This document shows, piece after piece, positions 10,288-19,312 of a stretch of 64,000 nucleotides of DNA. The notes beneath the pieces are model-generated. The model did no database searches. It saw nothing but the letters and a program-made list of their open reading frames with translations, and was not told the DNA's origin. A program made the translations under genes and the position numbers. Each line of letters starts with the position of its first letter. Positions within the stretch are counted from its first letter, which is position 1. The stretch spans positions 300,703 through 364,702 of the IMG/VR virus record IMGVR_UViG_3300044712_001937. One strand, 5' to 3'.

Positions 10288-11194
10288 CTTTTAAATTTAT
10301 ATCTTTAATTAATTTATCTTTAAAATCATTTAAATAAATTTCATTTTCCCAATATCTAAACAATTTAAAATTATTTTCATTAGCTAATTCATTTTTATAT
10401 AAATCATTTAAAATGGCAATTTTTTGCATTTTATTTGGGTTAGGAAATATCTTTGGATTTCCATGCCAATAATCACCATCAATCTCAATTAAAATATTTT
10501 TTTGAGTAATAAAAAAATCATATGTTTTATATTTATGATTTTTTTTATCATAAAATATTTTAAATTGTTTCATAAAATTAATATTGTTTTCAATTAAAAT
10601 ATTTTCAACAAATTTTTCAGGTTTTGTGTTTTTATTGAAACACATATCCTGTCCCATTTCCCATGAATATTTTCCATATTTTTTTAAACACGTTTTTTTC
10701 CTTTTTTCTTTAGAATCATCATCAGTTCCGAACCAATATCCAAGTTCTTTATATTTTTTAATCGTACCATTTTTTATTTTATTTCTATATTCCTCAGATT
10801 CCCACAATTTTTTTGCTACTATAGAATGTTTTAATTTAGTTTCATTACTATGTTTCAATATTCTATTATCAGGATTATATATTCCCAATTTATTCCCTAT
10901 TTCATATATATTCCTACATTGTTTTGAACAAAATTGTTTATTTTTTCTCAATTTTAATCTTTTAAAATTAATACCACAATTTAAACAATTAATATTTTCC
11001 CATTTTTCATTTTTTATCCCAGAATTACCAATATGTTGACAATTTTCAGAACAATAAACTTTATTTGGTGTAGATTTTCCACATGTTAAACATTTTCTTT
11101 GTTTATTTTTAAAATCAACTGATTGACATTGTTTTGAACAAAATGTTTTATTTTTTGTTTCTTTACCACAAATTATACAATTATGTGCTTCCAT
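10277..11194 (-). mobile_element. Free-standing homing endonuclease (DUF559/Vsr-like PD-(D/E)xK domain with N-terminal Zn-finger repeats) inserted in the SbcD-SbcC gene
   Basis: Three CxxC...(F/Y)CSxxC repeats and a C-terminal KPEKFVENIL...YDFFI...LIEIDGDYWHG; has its own GTATTTAT motif (11219-11225). Confidence 0.82.
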
Positions 11195-11246
11195 AAAATT
11201 TTACTATATTAGTAAATATAAATACTCATTAATATAATAAAATTTT
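11195..11246 (-). promoter_or_regulatory. RNA hairpin covering the endonuclease translation-initiation region, with a late-promoter motif in the loop
   Basis: 17-bp inverted repeat (11195-11211 / 11230-11246). The single mismatch is a G-U pair in the minus-strand mRNA, and the 18-nt loop contains GTATTTATA. Confidence 0.65.
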
Positions 11247-11860
11247 CAAGACCTATAGAATAATTGTTTTTTATGAATGTGTCCAAAAAAAGACAAATCT
11301 CCTTTAAAATCAGATAATTTATAATATGATTTACTTTTCATTTCAAAACCTGTAGTACTTACACAACCATCAATTGAGTCATGAAATAAATCAATATATG
11401 TTTTAGAATTATCTTTATTTTTTAATATTTCTTTACCTTCTTTACTCAACCAAGGATTATTCTTTTTATCACCGTGATGCCAAACACACCAAACTATATT
11501 ATCATCATTATAAAATCCAGTTTTATCATAATATTTAATATTTGGATTATTAAGTGTTTTAACAATAGCTTTAATGCTATCAATACGTTTTATATTTTTA
11601 ACTCGGCAATCGTGATTTCCACGTATTATTATAACAGGAGCTATAGATGCTAAATTAGATAATAATTCACTTACTAAAATTAATTGTTCACCTTGTAAAT
11701 CAAGGTAATCGTGCACTAAATCACCAACAATTGCAATTCTATCTGGTTTATTTTTATCTAATGATTCAATTAAATTCTTAAATACATACTCATATTCATT
11801 ATTTCTTGTAGGAGTTTTACGCACGTGAATGTCTGCGAGATGTGCTATTTTATTTATCAT
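11246..11860 (-). CDS. Mre11/SbcD-like metallophosphoesterase nuclease, N-terminal part (5' half of a split gene)
   Basis: Motifs ADIH, GDLVH, GNHD, FHD and GHIH, then a TGA stop 7 codons after GHIH. The start is placed at ATG 11860 (MINKIAHL) because a TAnnTTTG promoter lies at 11878-11885. Confidence 0.88.
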   Translation of the reverse strand: MINKIAHLADIHVRKTPTRNNEYEYVFKNLIESLDKNKPDRIAIVGDLVHDYLDLQGEQLILVSELLSNLASIAPVIIIRGNHDCRVKNIKRIDSIKAIVKTLNNPNIKYYDKTGFYNDDNIVWCVWHHGDKKNNPWLSKEGKEILKNKDNSKTYIDLFHDSIDGCVSTTGFEMKSKSYYKLSDFKGDLSFFGHIHKKQLFYRS

Positions 11861-11877
11861 CGTTATATAAATTTTCA

Positions 11878-11885
11878 CAAATATA
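11878..11885 (-). promoter_or_regulatory. Bacteroidota-type primary sigma -7 element (TATATTTG)
   Basis: Matches TAnnTTTG just upstream of the SbcD ATG, with TTGCA further upstream at a -33-like distance. Confidence 0.6.
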
Positions 11886-12033
11886 TCTAAATATTGTATA
11901 TAATGCAAGGATTTTTATAATTAGCCATTTTATCTAATATATTATTAATCTAATGCCAATATGTCAGTTATAACAATTTGGTATGATATTAGATAAATAT
12001 TATTTAAAATAATTTTATAAAAAATATAAACAT

Positions 12034-12438
12034 ATGGAAACAACTAAAAATTCATTATTTAATGCTTTATTAGACGATTTATTATCGATACATTACATTA
12101 TTGATAATACTACAACAAATGATAATGTAAAAGCACCAGTTCATGATGTTATTGAAAATAAAGATGAATATATCATTGAAATGTTATTAGCGGGAGTTAA
12201 AAAAGATGATGTATCAATTGATACTGAAAAAAATAAATTAATCATTAAAGCTGAACGTAAAGAAAAAAGTGATGTTAAATATAATAGAAACCAATCATAT
12301 AAAGGAAAGTATGAAAGAATATTCACTTTACCAGATAATGTAGATATTGAAAATATTAATGCTAATATGGAAGATGGAATACTAATCGTTAAAATTCCAA
12401 AAATTGAAATTAATAAGAAAAAAATTGAGATTAAGTAA
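12034..12438 (+). CDS. Small heat-shock protein (Hsp20/alpha-crystallin family)
   Basis: DVIENKDEYIIEMLLAGVKKDDVSI, LIIKAER, GKYERIFTLPDNVD and ANMEDGILIVKIPK. Confidence 0.93.
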   Translation: METTKNSLFNALLDDLLSIHYIIDNTTTNDNVKAPVHDVIENKDEYIIEMLLAGVKKDDVSIDTEKNKLIIKAERKEKSDVKYNRNQSYKGKYERIFTLPDNVDIENINANMEDGILIVKIPKIEINKKKIEIK

Positions 12439-12460
12439 TGTTAATAGTCTCAAAATGATG

Positions 12461-12488
12461 GGGTGACAATATTAGTCACCCATTTTTT
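12461..12488. terminator. Intrinsic terminator between the convergent Hsp20 and sigma genes
   Basis: gggtgac-aatatta-gtcaccc stem-loop followed by atttttt. Confidence 0.7.
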
Positions 12489-13101
12489 ATTCGTTAAATT
12501 GAAATTCCGGAAAATCTTTTTTTAATTTAGTTTTAATATAATTAACTCGATTACTCACTGTACTACTTGATATATTAAATTCTCTACCAATTTCATTATA
12601 ATCATAGCCATAATTATATTTCATATTAAGAAAAGTAAAATCTTGTGGATTTAATTGAGTAGATATAAAATTAACGGAATTACAATTATCAAAAGCTGTT
12701 GAGCTTGAAGTTGTGAAACAATTATTACTCTGCATTAATGTACCAACTGAATTATTTATAATGAAATTTTCAGAATCTATGGAGCTGGTATAACTTATGG
12801 ATGTTGTATTTGAAGTTAAAGAAATTGTATTACATCGCCATTTATCTATCATATAATGATTAGCAATACTATAAACCCAAGGTTTGAATTTTTTTGTGAT
12901 ATCAAACGAATTTAAGTTCAAAAATATCTTAATCATTATTTCTGACACATCATCATCAACATCACAATTATTTGGATATTTACCTTTTATAAAATGTCTG
13001 ACTATTCTACTATATTTTTCATATAAAAGTTTTTGTGCTGCCTGATTTCCAGACAGTACGTTTTGAATCGTTACTAAATCTTCCTCTATAATTGTTGTCA
13101 T
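12487..13101 (-). CDS. ECF-type sigma-70 family RNA polymerase sigma factor
   Basis: Region 2 (AQKLLYEKY, DDVSEIMIKIF, FKPWVYSIANHYMIDKWR) and region 4 HTH (GYDYNEIGREFNISSSTVSNRVNYIKTKLK). Confidence 0.88.
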   Translation of the reverse strand: MTTIIEEDLVTIQNVLSGNQAAQKLLYEKYSRIVRHFIKGKYPNNCDVDDDVSEIMIKIFLNLNSFDITKKFKPWVYSIANHYMIDKWRCNTISLTSNTTSISYTSSIDSENFIINNSVGTLMQSNNCFTTSSSTAFDNCNSVNFISTQLNPQDFTFLNMKYNYGYDYNEIGREFNISSSTVSNRVNYIKTKLKKDFPEFQFNE

Positions 13102-14092
13102 AAGGATTTACCAATTTTTTTATAAAATAATCTTCTGTTATTAAATCCCTTGCACTATATAATGATTTAATTACTTCATCATCGCCATAATTTCTTCGTA
13201 ATTCATCTAAATCATCATTTGTAGGTAATTTAACAATCTTAACCCGTTCTTCACATCCTATATAAATATCATGTAATATAAAATATAAATCGATACAATT
13301 TTTATATGCATCAGGGTCTAATAATACAATAACATTAGGTTTTAATTCTTTCAGTTTTTTAAATAATGCAGTTCCTATTGTTTTTCCTAACATTGGAATT
13401 GCATTTACAGGTAATGATAACATTTCAAAACCACCTTCAACTAAATAAACTGTTGAATCCCAATTAATAAATCCCTCATTAAAAATGATTGAATCTTTAT
13501 CAGATGGTGGATTATCATATTTTTTCTTTTTTACAGTAGGGTCATAAGTTCTTGCAACAAAATAATTTACTTCACCTTTTATATCATAAGAAGGAATTAT
13601 TATTCTCTTTGCATATTTTCCAGTTATACAAAAACCAAGCCGATATTTTAATATAAGCTCTTTAGATATTTTTCTATCAAGAATTAAATAATTATATGCT
13701 TCAATATGTTCTAAATTAGAAATATCCATTTGAGAAAATGGTATCATTTCAATAGGTAATTGAATTGGAATATATTCTTTTTCAAAATCATCAAAATCAT
13801 ATAATGGTAAAGACCCAACATATGATTTATAAATTTCATAATCTGCAAATGTACCGAATTGTCTAATTAATCTACCTAAACTTCCTGAAAATTTTGGTTC
13901 ATCACATTTCCAACATCTAAAATTTCTTTTATATGTGTTTATTTCAAGATTAAATTTACCATCAGGCTCAGATAATCCTTCCATTTCTTGACAAAGTGGA
14001 CAATTTACTTGCAATTGTTCACTTTGCATGTAACCATTCACATCGCCAAAAATACTTTGAATTATAGAATGAAATTCTTGACCTCTTATCAT
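13019..14092 (-). CDS. DnaG-like DNA primase (Zn finger plus TOPRIM)
   Basis: VNCPLCQ...FRCWKC Zn finger; RIIIPSYD..GEVNYFVAR; TOPRIM motifs VYLVEG and LLDPDA. Confidence 0.85.
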   Translation of the reverse strand: MIRGQEFHSIIQSIFGDVNGYMQSEQLQVNCPLCQEMEGLSEPDGKFNLEINTYKRNFRCWKCDEPKFSGSLGRLIRQFGTFADYEIYKSYVGSLPLYDFDDFEKEYIPIQLPIEMIPFSQMDISNLEHIEAYNYLILDRKISKELILKYRLGFCITGKYAKRIIIPSYDIKGEVNYFVARTYDPTVKKKKYDNPPSDKDSIIFNEGFINWDSTVYLVEGGFEMLSLPVNAIPMLGKTIGTALFKKLKELKPNVIVLLDPDAYKNCIDLYFILHDIYIGCEERVKIVKLPTNDDLDELRRNYGDDEVIKSLYSARDLITEDYFIKKLVNPYDNNYRGRFSNDSKRTVWKSGSTKTFI

Positions 14093-14097
14093 GGTTA

Positions 14098-14105
14098 CAA
14101 ATATA
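14098..14105 (-). promoter_or_regulatory. Bacteroidota-type -7 element (TATATTTG)
   Basis: TAnnTTTG ends 5 nt before the primase ATG, implying a nearly leaderless mRNA. Confidence 0.6.
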
Positions 14106-14146
14106 AAAAAACTTTGAATTAATTACAATAAAATTAAATTATTGAA

Positions 14147-14758
14147 TTAAAGTTTTTTTTCATATTCTAAAAAAGGAAAAAACATTATTAATCTATTAAT
14201 AAAAGCAAGTGGATATATTACTAAATCTGATTTTCCAGTTTGAGGATTCATCATTGCAACATAATTAGCTTGAAGTTCAGAAAATAACCTAATAACGGTT
14301 TCTTTAATTGCATCATTAGATTGAATATTAATTACATCATTAGAAAAATGATTATTATCAATTTGATAATTACCACCTTTAATATTTTGAATTTCACTAA
14401 AAATTTTTCTATAATCTTCAACAGCTTGGTCTCTTTCTTGTTGTAATGTTTCATTTAATGATGTTAATAATGCAACTTGTTCACTAAGCCATTCACTACC
14501 TTTACTTTCATTAGAATTATCAATATCCATCTCAAGTAAATCATCACTTTTACTTTTTACAGTTTCTCCAGTATGATTAAGTGGTATATCTTGTAGTAAC
14601 TCTTCTACTCTTTTTTTTGCTTTTAAATTTCTTTCTTCATCAGGAGATAGTGGTTTAACAACTTCTTTATTAGATTTAACTTTAATATTTGCAGGAACTG
14701 TTTTAGTCTTATTTTTACCTTTAGCTATATTTAGCAATTTTTTACTTTTACCTTCCAT
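14147..14758 (-). CDS. Hypothetical protein with a coiled coil
   Basis: 203-aa ORF with an upstream GTATTTAT motif (14797-14803). Confidence 0.75.
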   Translation of the reverse strand: MEGKSKKLLNIAKGKNKTKTVPANIKVKSNKEVVKPLSPDEERNLKAKKRVEELLQDIPLNHTGETVKSKSDDLLEMDIDNSNESKGSEWLSEQVALLTSLNETLQQERDQAVEDYRKIFSEIQNIKGGNYQIDNNHFSNDVINIQSNDAIKETVIRLFSELQANYVAMMNPQTGKSDLVIYPLAFINRLIMFFPFLEYEKKL

Positions 14759-14817
14759 AATATATAATTATTTATAAAAATTTATAATTTTTTACATAAA
14801 TACTATGGAAAATAAAA

Positions 14818-14841
14818 AAAGCTAACATTTCTGTTAGCTTT
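14818..14841. terminator. Intrinsic terminator
   Basis: aaagctaaca-tttc-tgttagcttt hairpin flanked by an A-run (a T-run on the minus strand), downstream of the 14861-16372 gene. Confidence 0.7.
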
Positions 14842-14860
14842 CTATAAAAATATATTAATA

Positions 14861-16372
14861 TTATCCTTCAATATTTAAATTTGAAGTTAATTCGGCAATT
14901 AATCCCAATTCATTGTTCCAAATAAACGCATCTGCTGCTTTAATAGCACCTATAAAACCTTTTCGATAATGCCATTCTTCAGTTCCAGTTAGACTTGATA
15001 AATAACGTATAGTTACACCTAAATCTTCTTTTAATGTTCTATCTTTATTATCTGTAACATTATATTTAACTGTTTTTTTACGATGAATATGACCTAAATG
15101 CCATTCATGAAATACAGTTTCACTCCAATATTTTTTAGAATGACAATCTGTTGCCATAATTAACGGTAATGCACTTTCTTTTTCTTCTGAACCATGAGTG
15201 AAACCAAGTAATACTTTACCAAATTTATAAAATTTACGTTCTGGAGCTGAATTATCAACATTTACCATATTATCATTCCTAAACCATGCTTCTAAAACTG
15301 AACCAATATAATAATTTCGTTCTAAATCGTGATTACCGGGAATTATTATAACATCTATTGGAACACCTTTTAATTTCATTAAATTAATAGCGTCTACAAG
15401 TAATTCAATTGCTACTTTAAAAGTTTTTTTCCAACGTAAATCTTCATCTTGAAATGTACCTTTTGTTGTAGTATTTAAAATTGTATCAGAATTAAGAAAA
15501 TCTGAACCAACAGGAAATAAAATTCGGGAATATTGAAATCCAGATGCTCTTTTAAGTAATGTTTCAATTGAATACATAAATCGTTCACGAGCAATTTTAG
15601 TATCGTAATTTTCACCAGTTTCACCACCCCAAGCTAATTTACCTAAATGTAAATCAAATATACTTATTTCAAGCAAATTATTTTCATTTCCAACTGTAGT
15701 ATTACAATAAAACCCTTCAATTAATGGTGGTTGATAATTTTTAATTAAATCTAAAAATATATCTGCCTGTGATTTTGTTTCTTCATAAACAACATTTTTT
15801 TCGAGTCTTGCTTTAACTTGAAAATTTTGAAGAGTTTGTGGAGTTTCATTTTTCCAACTTGTAACATCCCATTTATTTACTGTATAATCTTTAACTTTCC
15901 AAAGATTTAAATCAACCTCACATATTTTTAATAATTGGTCTAATGTTTTTACATGATTAACTGGATAGTTTGAACCAGTATTCCAAGTAATTTCACCAGT
16001 ATTACCTTTAACATCAAATTTAATTTTTTCATCATCAGGAACTTTAACTTTAATTTCTTTTCCTGAATTTTCAAGCAATCCCTTATCTTTCCACTCTTTT
16101 ACTTTAGCACCCCTAATATCTTTCAAATTATTTAGATTAATATTATCAATTGGGGTTAACTTATCGATATATTTAGAATATGCTTCATTAAATAAATTAA
16201 AATCTTCATCTTCTAAAGTACCATTTTCATAATTTTCATAAACTAAAGCTTTAATGTTTTTTACATAAGTATCAGAATAACCACATTTAACACATGCATC
16301 TTTAACAGATATATTATTTTTTATTGCATAGTTTATTATTTCAACAGCATTCCTAATTCGAGAAATATTCAT
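14861..16372 (-). CDS. Calcineurin-like metallophosphoesterase with an N-terminal extension
   Basis: DLHLGK, GSDFLN, PGNHD, THG and GHIH motifs, plus an N-terminal helical or HTH-like region. Confidence 0.85.
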   Translation of the reverse strand: MNISRIRNAVEIINYAIKNNISVKDACVKCGYSDTYVKNIKALVYENYENGTLEDEDFNLFNEAYSKYIDKLTPIDNINLNNLKDIRGAKVKEWKDKGLLENSGKEIKVKVPDDEKIKFDVKGNTGEITWNTGSNYPVNHVKTLDQLLKICEVDLNLWKVKDYTVNKWDVTSWKNETPQTLQNFQVKARLEKNVVYEETKSQADIFLDLIKNYQPPLIEGFYCNTTVGNENNLLEISIFDLHLGKLAWGGETGENYDTKIARERFMYSIETLLKRASGFQYSRILFPVGSDFLNSDTILNTTTKGTFQDEDLRWKKTFKVAIELLVDAINLMKLKGVPIDVIIIPGNHDLERNYYIGSVLEAWFRNDNMVNVDNSAPERKFYKFGKVLLGFTHGSEEKESALPLIMATDCHSKKYWSETVFHEWHLGHIHRKKTVKYNVTDNKDRTLKEDLGVTIRYLSSLTGTEEWHYRKGFIGAIKAADAFIWNNELGLIAELTSNLNIEG

Positions 16373-16408
16373 ATTAGATAAATTAAATATTATTATTTAA
16401 AATTTCAT

Positions 16409-16416
16409 CAAACTTA
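16409..16416 (-). promoter_or_regulatory. Bacteroidota-type -7 element (TAAGTTTG)
   Basis: TAnnTTTG in the intergenic region upstream of the metallophosphoesterase gene. Confidence 0.5.
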
Positions 16417-16445
16417 AATCAAAATAGATTAAAAGACAAGAGTTT

Positions 16446-16754
16446 TTATATAAATAGAGAATTATTTTTTTTTAAAAATAATAACGTATCCTCAATTTCT
16501 TTACAATATTTTGTAAATTCACATTCTTCTTTAATAGACATATCAAACCATTCACCCATTTTTTTGAAATGAGAAAATCTTCTATGTAAAACTCCTTCGA
16601 TATAAAAATAATTTCCAGTTAAATATTTATCTATTAACTTTAATTGACCAGAAGACCCTGTTTGTAGTTGTGTAAGTCTTTTTTCAGGATGTTTAGATAT
16701 ACCAATTTTATATCGACCATCTTCTAAACATTGAATTAGATAAATATATTTCAT
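16446..16754 (-). CDS. GIY-YIG (T5orf172/MUG113-like) nuclease
   Basis: YIYLIQ...YKIGIS..PEKRLTQLQTG...EGVLH..F......GEWF. Confidence 0.85.
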   Translation of the reverse strand: MKYIYLIQCLEDGRYKIGISKHPEKRLTQLQTGSSGQLKLIDKYLTGNYFYIEGVLHRRFSHFKKMGEWFDMSIKEECEFTKYCKEIEDTLLFLKKNNSLFI

Positions 16755-16757
16755 AAA

Positions 16758-16919
16758 TTATTTGAACATTTCATCAGATAATTTATTTAATTGTTCAATA
16801 ACTTCATAAGGTGTTTTATCTGTTTGACTTTCAGTAGTTATTTTAGCAAGAGCAGCTAATAATAACTTACCTTCAGGTATGTTAGTATTAATATCAACAA
16901 TATCTACAATTTTTTTCAT
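16758..16919 (-). CDS. Small hypothetical protein (53 aa; below the ORF-track cutoff)
   Basis: Manual translation MKKIVDIVDINTNIPEGKLLLAALAKITTESQTDKTPYEVIEQLNKLSDEMFK fills the gap between two coupled genes almost exactly. Confidence 0.6.
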   Translation of the reverse strand: MKKIVDIVDINTNIPEGKLLLAALAKITTESQTDKTPYEVIEQLNKLSDEMFK

Positions 16920-16927
16920 TATCTAAA

Positions 16928-17539
16928 TTATTTTAAAATTCCAAGTAATTTAAGTCCTGCATGACCGACAGCATAAGCATCTGACATATCAAAACACATC
17001 TCTTTAGGTTCAGTAGAATTTTTCTTATAAAACCATTCAATTTGCGGTTCTAATTTACATACTTTTTCCCAAATATACAACTTTTTATCTTTTAAATATT
17101 CTTTAGGAAATGATAATGTCTCAACCTTTTCACCTTTTTTATATGTAGTTTTAACCAATTCAGTTAGAAATAATTTACGTGAATCGTAAACACTGATTTT
17201 CTTGGGGTATATTCCAAATATTTCAAATAATATATATCTACAAATTCCATTAAATCCAAATAATAATGAAACTGTGTTTTGATTATTACTACCACCTAAT
17301 GGCTCTTCAACAATTATATGTATTATTTCACCATTCAATTCTTTTGATATTCGTTCTTTATAATCAATAGCATATGCTTTAAACATTTCAGCTTTATGAA
17401 TATCTCTATCTTCAACATTAACATCTTTATCGATTTTTAATTCAAGATGTTTTAATTCAATCAATTTACCCTTTGAATCCCATAAAGCACTACCAATATT
17501 AGTAGTACTTATATCTAATGACCATATATACTTTGCCAT
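16928..17539 (-). CDS. RuvC-like Holliday junction resolvase
   Basis: SLDISTTNIG (catalytic Asp), IIVEEP (Glu) and DMSDAYAV (two Asp residues). Confidence 0.8.
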   Translation of the reverse strand: MAKYIWSLDISTTNIGSALWDSKGKLIELKHLELKIDKDVNVEDRDIHKAEMFKAYAIDYKERISKELNGEIIHIIVEEPLGGSNNQNTVSLLFGFNGICRYILFEIFGIYPKKISVYDSRKLFLTELVKTTYKKGEKVETLSFPKEYLKDKKLYIWEKVCKLEPQIEWFYKKNSTEPKEMCFDMSDAYAVGHAGLKLLGILK

Positions 17540-17553
17540 ATAAGTACCACTAA

Positions 17554-17742
17554 TTAATTATTCTTATTTTTATCAATTAAATCTTGAACAACTTTTGGAT
17601 TGCTGATATATAATTGAATTAAATCTTCTATAAGTCCACCGATTTTTAAACTCTTACCTTTACAAAGTATTTTAAATCTATAATGAAGATTACCATCAAT
17701 TATAATAGATTTTGGTTTAGTTTCATTTAATGTAAGTTCCAT
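17554..17742 (-). CDS. Putative ribbon-helix-helix DNA-binding protein
   Basis: Pattern KSIIID-GNLHYRFKILCKGK-SLKIGGLIEDLIQLYI; upstream GTATTTAT motif (17774-17780). Confidence 0.5.
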   Translation of the reverse strand: MELTLNETKPKSIIIDGNLHYRFKILCKGKSLKIGGLIEDLIQLYISNPKVVQDLIDKNKNN

Positions 17743-17817
17743 ATTATTACTATAAATTATTAATTATTTATAATAAATACTATGAAATTATAAAAAAATA
17801 TAAAATTTTATGATTTT

Positions 17818-18537
17818 TTAAAAATCTATTGCAAATACAATAGTTCTTGATATTGTTGGGTCTTTAAAGACTGGATTGTTTAATTTACCTATGGCAACTA
17901 AATTTTTATTTGTATCATATATTCCAATTTCACTAATATATACACCATTTGTATTCCATGTTGCATTATTTGATGTATTAAATTGATTTAACGGCATATT
18001 AATTGCAAGGTCTGTAGTATATGCAATAGCTTCTACATCAGTGGTAACATTACCAAAAAAATATTGTTCATCACCAAAACATAATTCATTTTCACTATTA
18101 ACATTAGGATAATCAATATATGTTAAATCGTAATTATCCATAGTGTTATATAAATATATTGGTACTTTAAATACCGTTGATGTTATGTCAATAGATGATA
18201 TGTTTCTTGTAGAACCTGTAGGATAATTTAATATTTGATGAGTAACATCATAAATCTTCCATTTATTAGAAATTGGCTTAATTTCACTTTCATCAGTAAC
18301 TAACGAATTATTTATTAATTGAACTAACATAAATAGTTTTGTTGCACTATATCCAGTACTACTACCACTAACTGATAAAAATTTAAAATCTTCAGGGTCT
18401 TCAAAATTAATATTAACCTCTTTATTGATTAAAGTTTCAATAGTTGTTGAATTAATATAATTACAATGAATTGCATCACTATATCCACTATTAGATTTTA
18501 ATATGTATGAGAAAAAAACTGTATACCCGTTTGCCAT
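17818..18537 (-). CDS. Virion structural protein (tail collar/baseplate-associated)
   Basis: The C-terminal YISEIGIYDTNKNLVAIGKL motif is typical of tail-collar fibre or baseplate proteins; upstream late motif (18554-18560). Confidence 0.6.
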   Translation of the reverse strand: MANGYTVFFSYILKSNSGYSDAIHCNYINSTTIETLINKEVNINFEDPEDFKFLSVSGSSTGYSATKLFMLVQLINNSLVTDESEIKPISNKWKIYDVTHQILNYPTGSTRNISSIDITSTVFKVPIYLYNTMDNYDLTYIDYPNVNSENELCFGDEQYFFGNVTTDVEAIAYTTDLAINMPLNQFNTSNNATWNTNGVYISEIGIYDTNKNLVAIGKLNNPVFKDPTISRTIVFAIDF

Positions 18538-18560
18538 ATATTTTTATTTTAAATAAATAC

Positions 18561-19304
18561 TTAAAATTTCATATTTATATCTATTAATCCATTATTCAAA
18601 TCTTCAATTATACTTTCAACACCATATGGTGTATAAATCTCATCAGTTAAATCTAACTTATTATATAAATCACCAATACTTCCTTCAATTTTTATAAATA
18701 AATCTTGATTTGATGGATTTTTTATAAATGTATATTTAACATATGTTTCAATGAAATTTTTCTTCAAAATTAATTGTCCATTTATAACTGCAGTACCTGA
18801 ACCATTTAAGTTATAAATTTCAGTATTAATTTCATCACTTAATAATTGACCACTTGATAAATTAAAAGAAATTGTTGTACCTATATTTCCACTAATACTA
18901 AAATTAAGTATTTTAGTTGATGTTAATGGCTTACCATCTAAAGTTTTAAACCATAAATATAATTCAACAATATTTTCATCAGGATAACCAATATAATGTG
19001 AACTTCTATTAGTTGAATTTTCATCAAAAATTAATAAACTATCTTGAACTTGACCCACCACAATTGAATCACCATTAGGTGCTTTTGTTGTAGTTGTTGT
19101 AGTTATATTAGGATTAACAGTAATCCATTCAGAATATGCACAATTATTTGAATCAGTTATTGTTAATTTATATGTTCCATTAGGTATATTTACAAATTCA
19201 TAAGTACCAACAGCATTATGTATATTAGGTTCAACTATTTCTGGAACTAATTCAGCAACAAACGGTGCAGCACCACTTACTATTGTATATTTAATATTTC
19301 CCAT
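18561..19304 (-). CDS. Putative virion protein with an SprB-like Ig repeat and a poly-Thr linker
   Basis: Likely start MGNIKYTIVSG at 19304, which removes the overlap with the upstream gene; contains GTYKLTITDSNNC and PNITTTTTTKAP. Confidence 0.6.
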   Translation of the reverse strand: MGNIKYTIVSGAAPFVAELVPEIVEPNIHNAVGTYEFVNIPNGTYKLTITDSNNCAYSEWITVNPNITTTTTTKAPNGDSIVVGQVQDSLLIFDENSTNRSSHYIGYPDENIVELYLWFKTLDGKPLTSTKILNFSISGNIGTTISFNLSSGQLLSDEINTEIYNLNGSGTAVINGQLILKKNFIETYVKYTFIKNPSNQDLFIKIEGSIGDLYNKLDLTDEIYTPYGVESIIEDLNNGLIDINMKF

Positions 19305-19312
19305 TTTTACTA

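Noticed and set aside
10277-11246. Group I intron or intein interrupting SbcD
   Set aside because: An in-frame stop excludes an intein. Only 51 nt of non-coding sequence exists, forming a simple AT hairpin, and no P-element core is recognisable. A core hidden inside the ORF cannot be fully excluded without RT-PCR.
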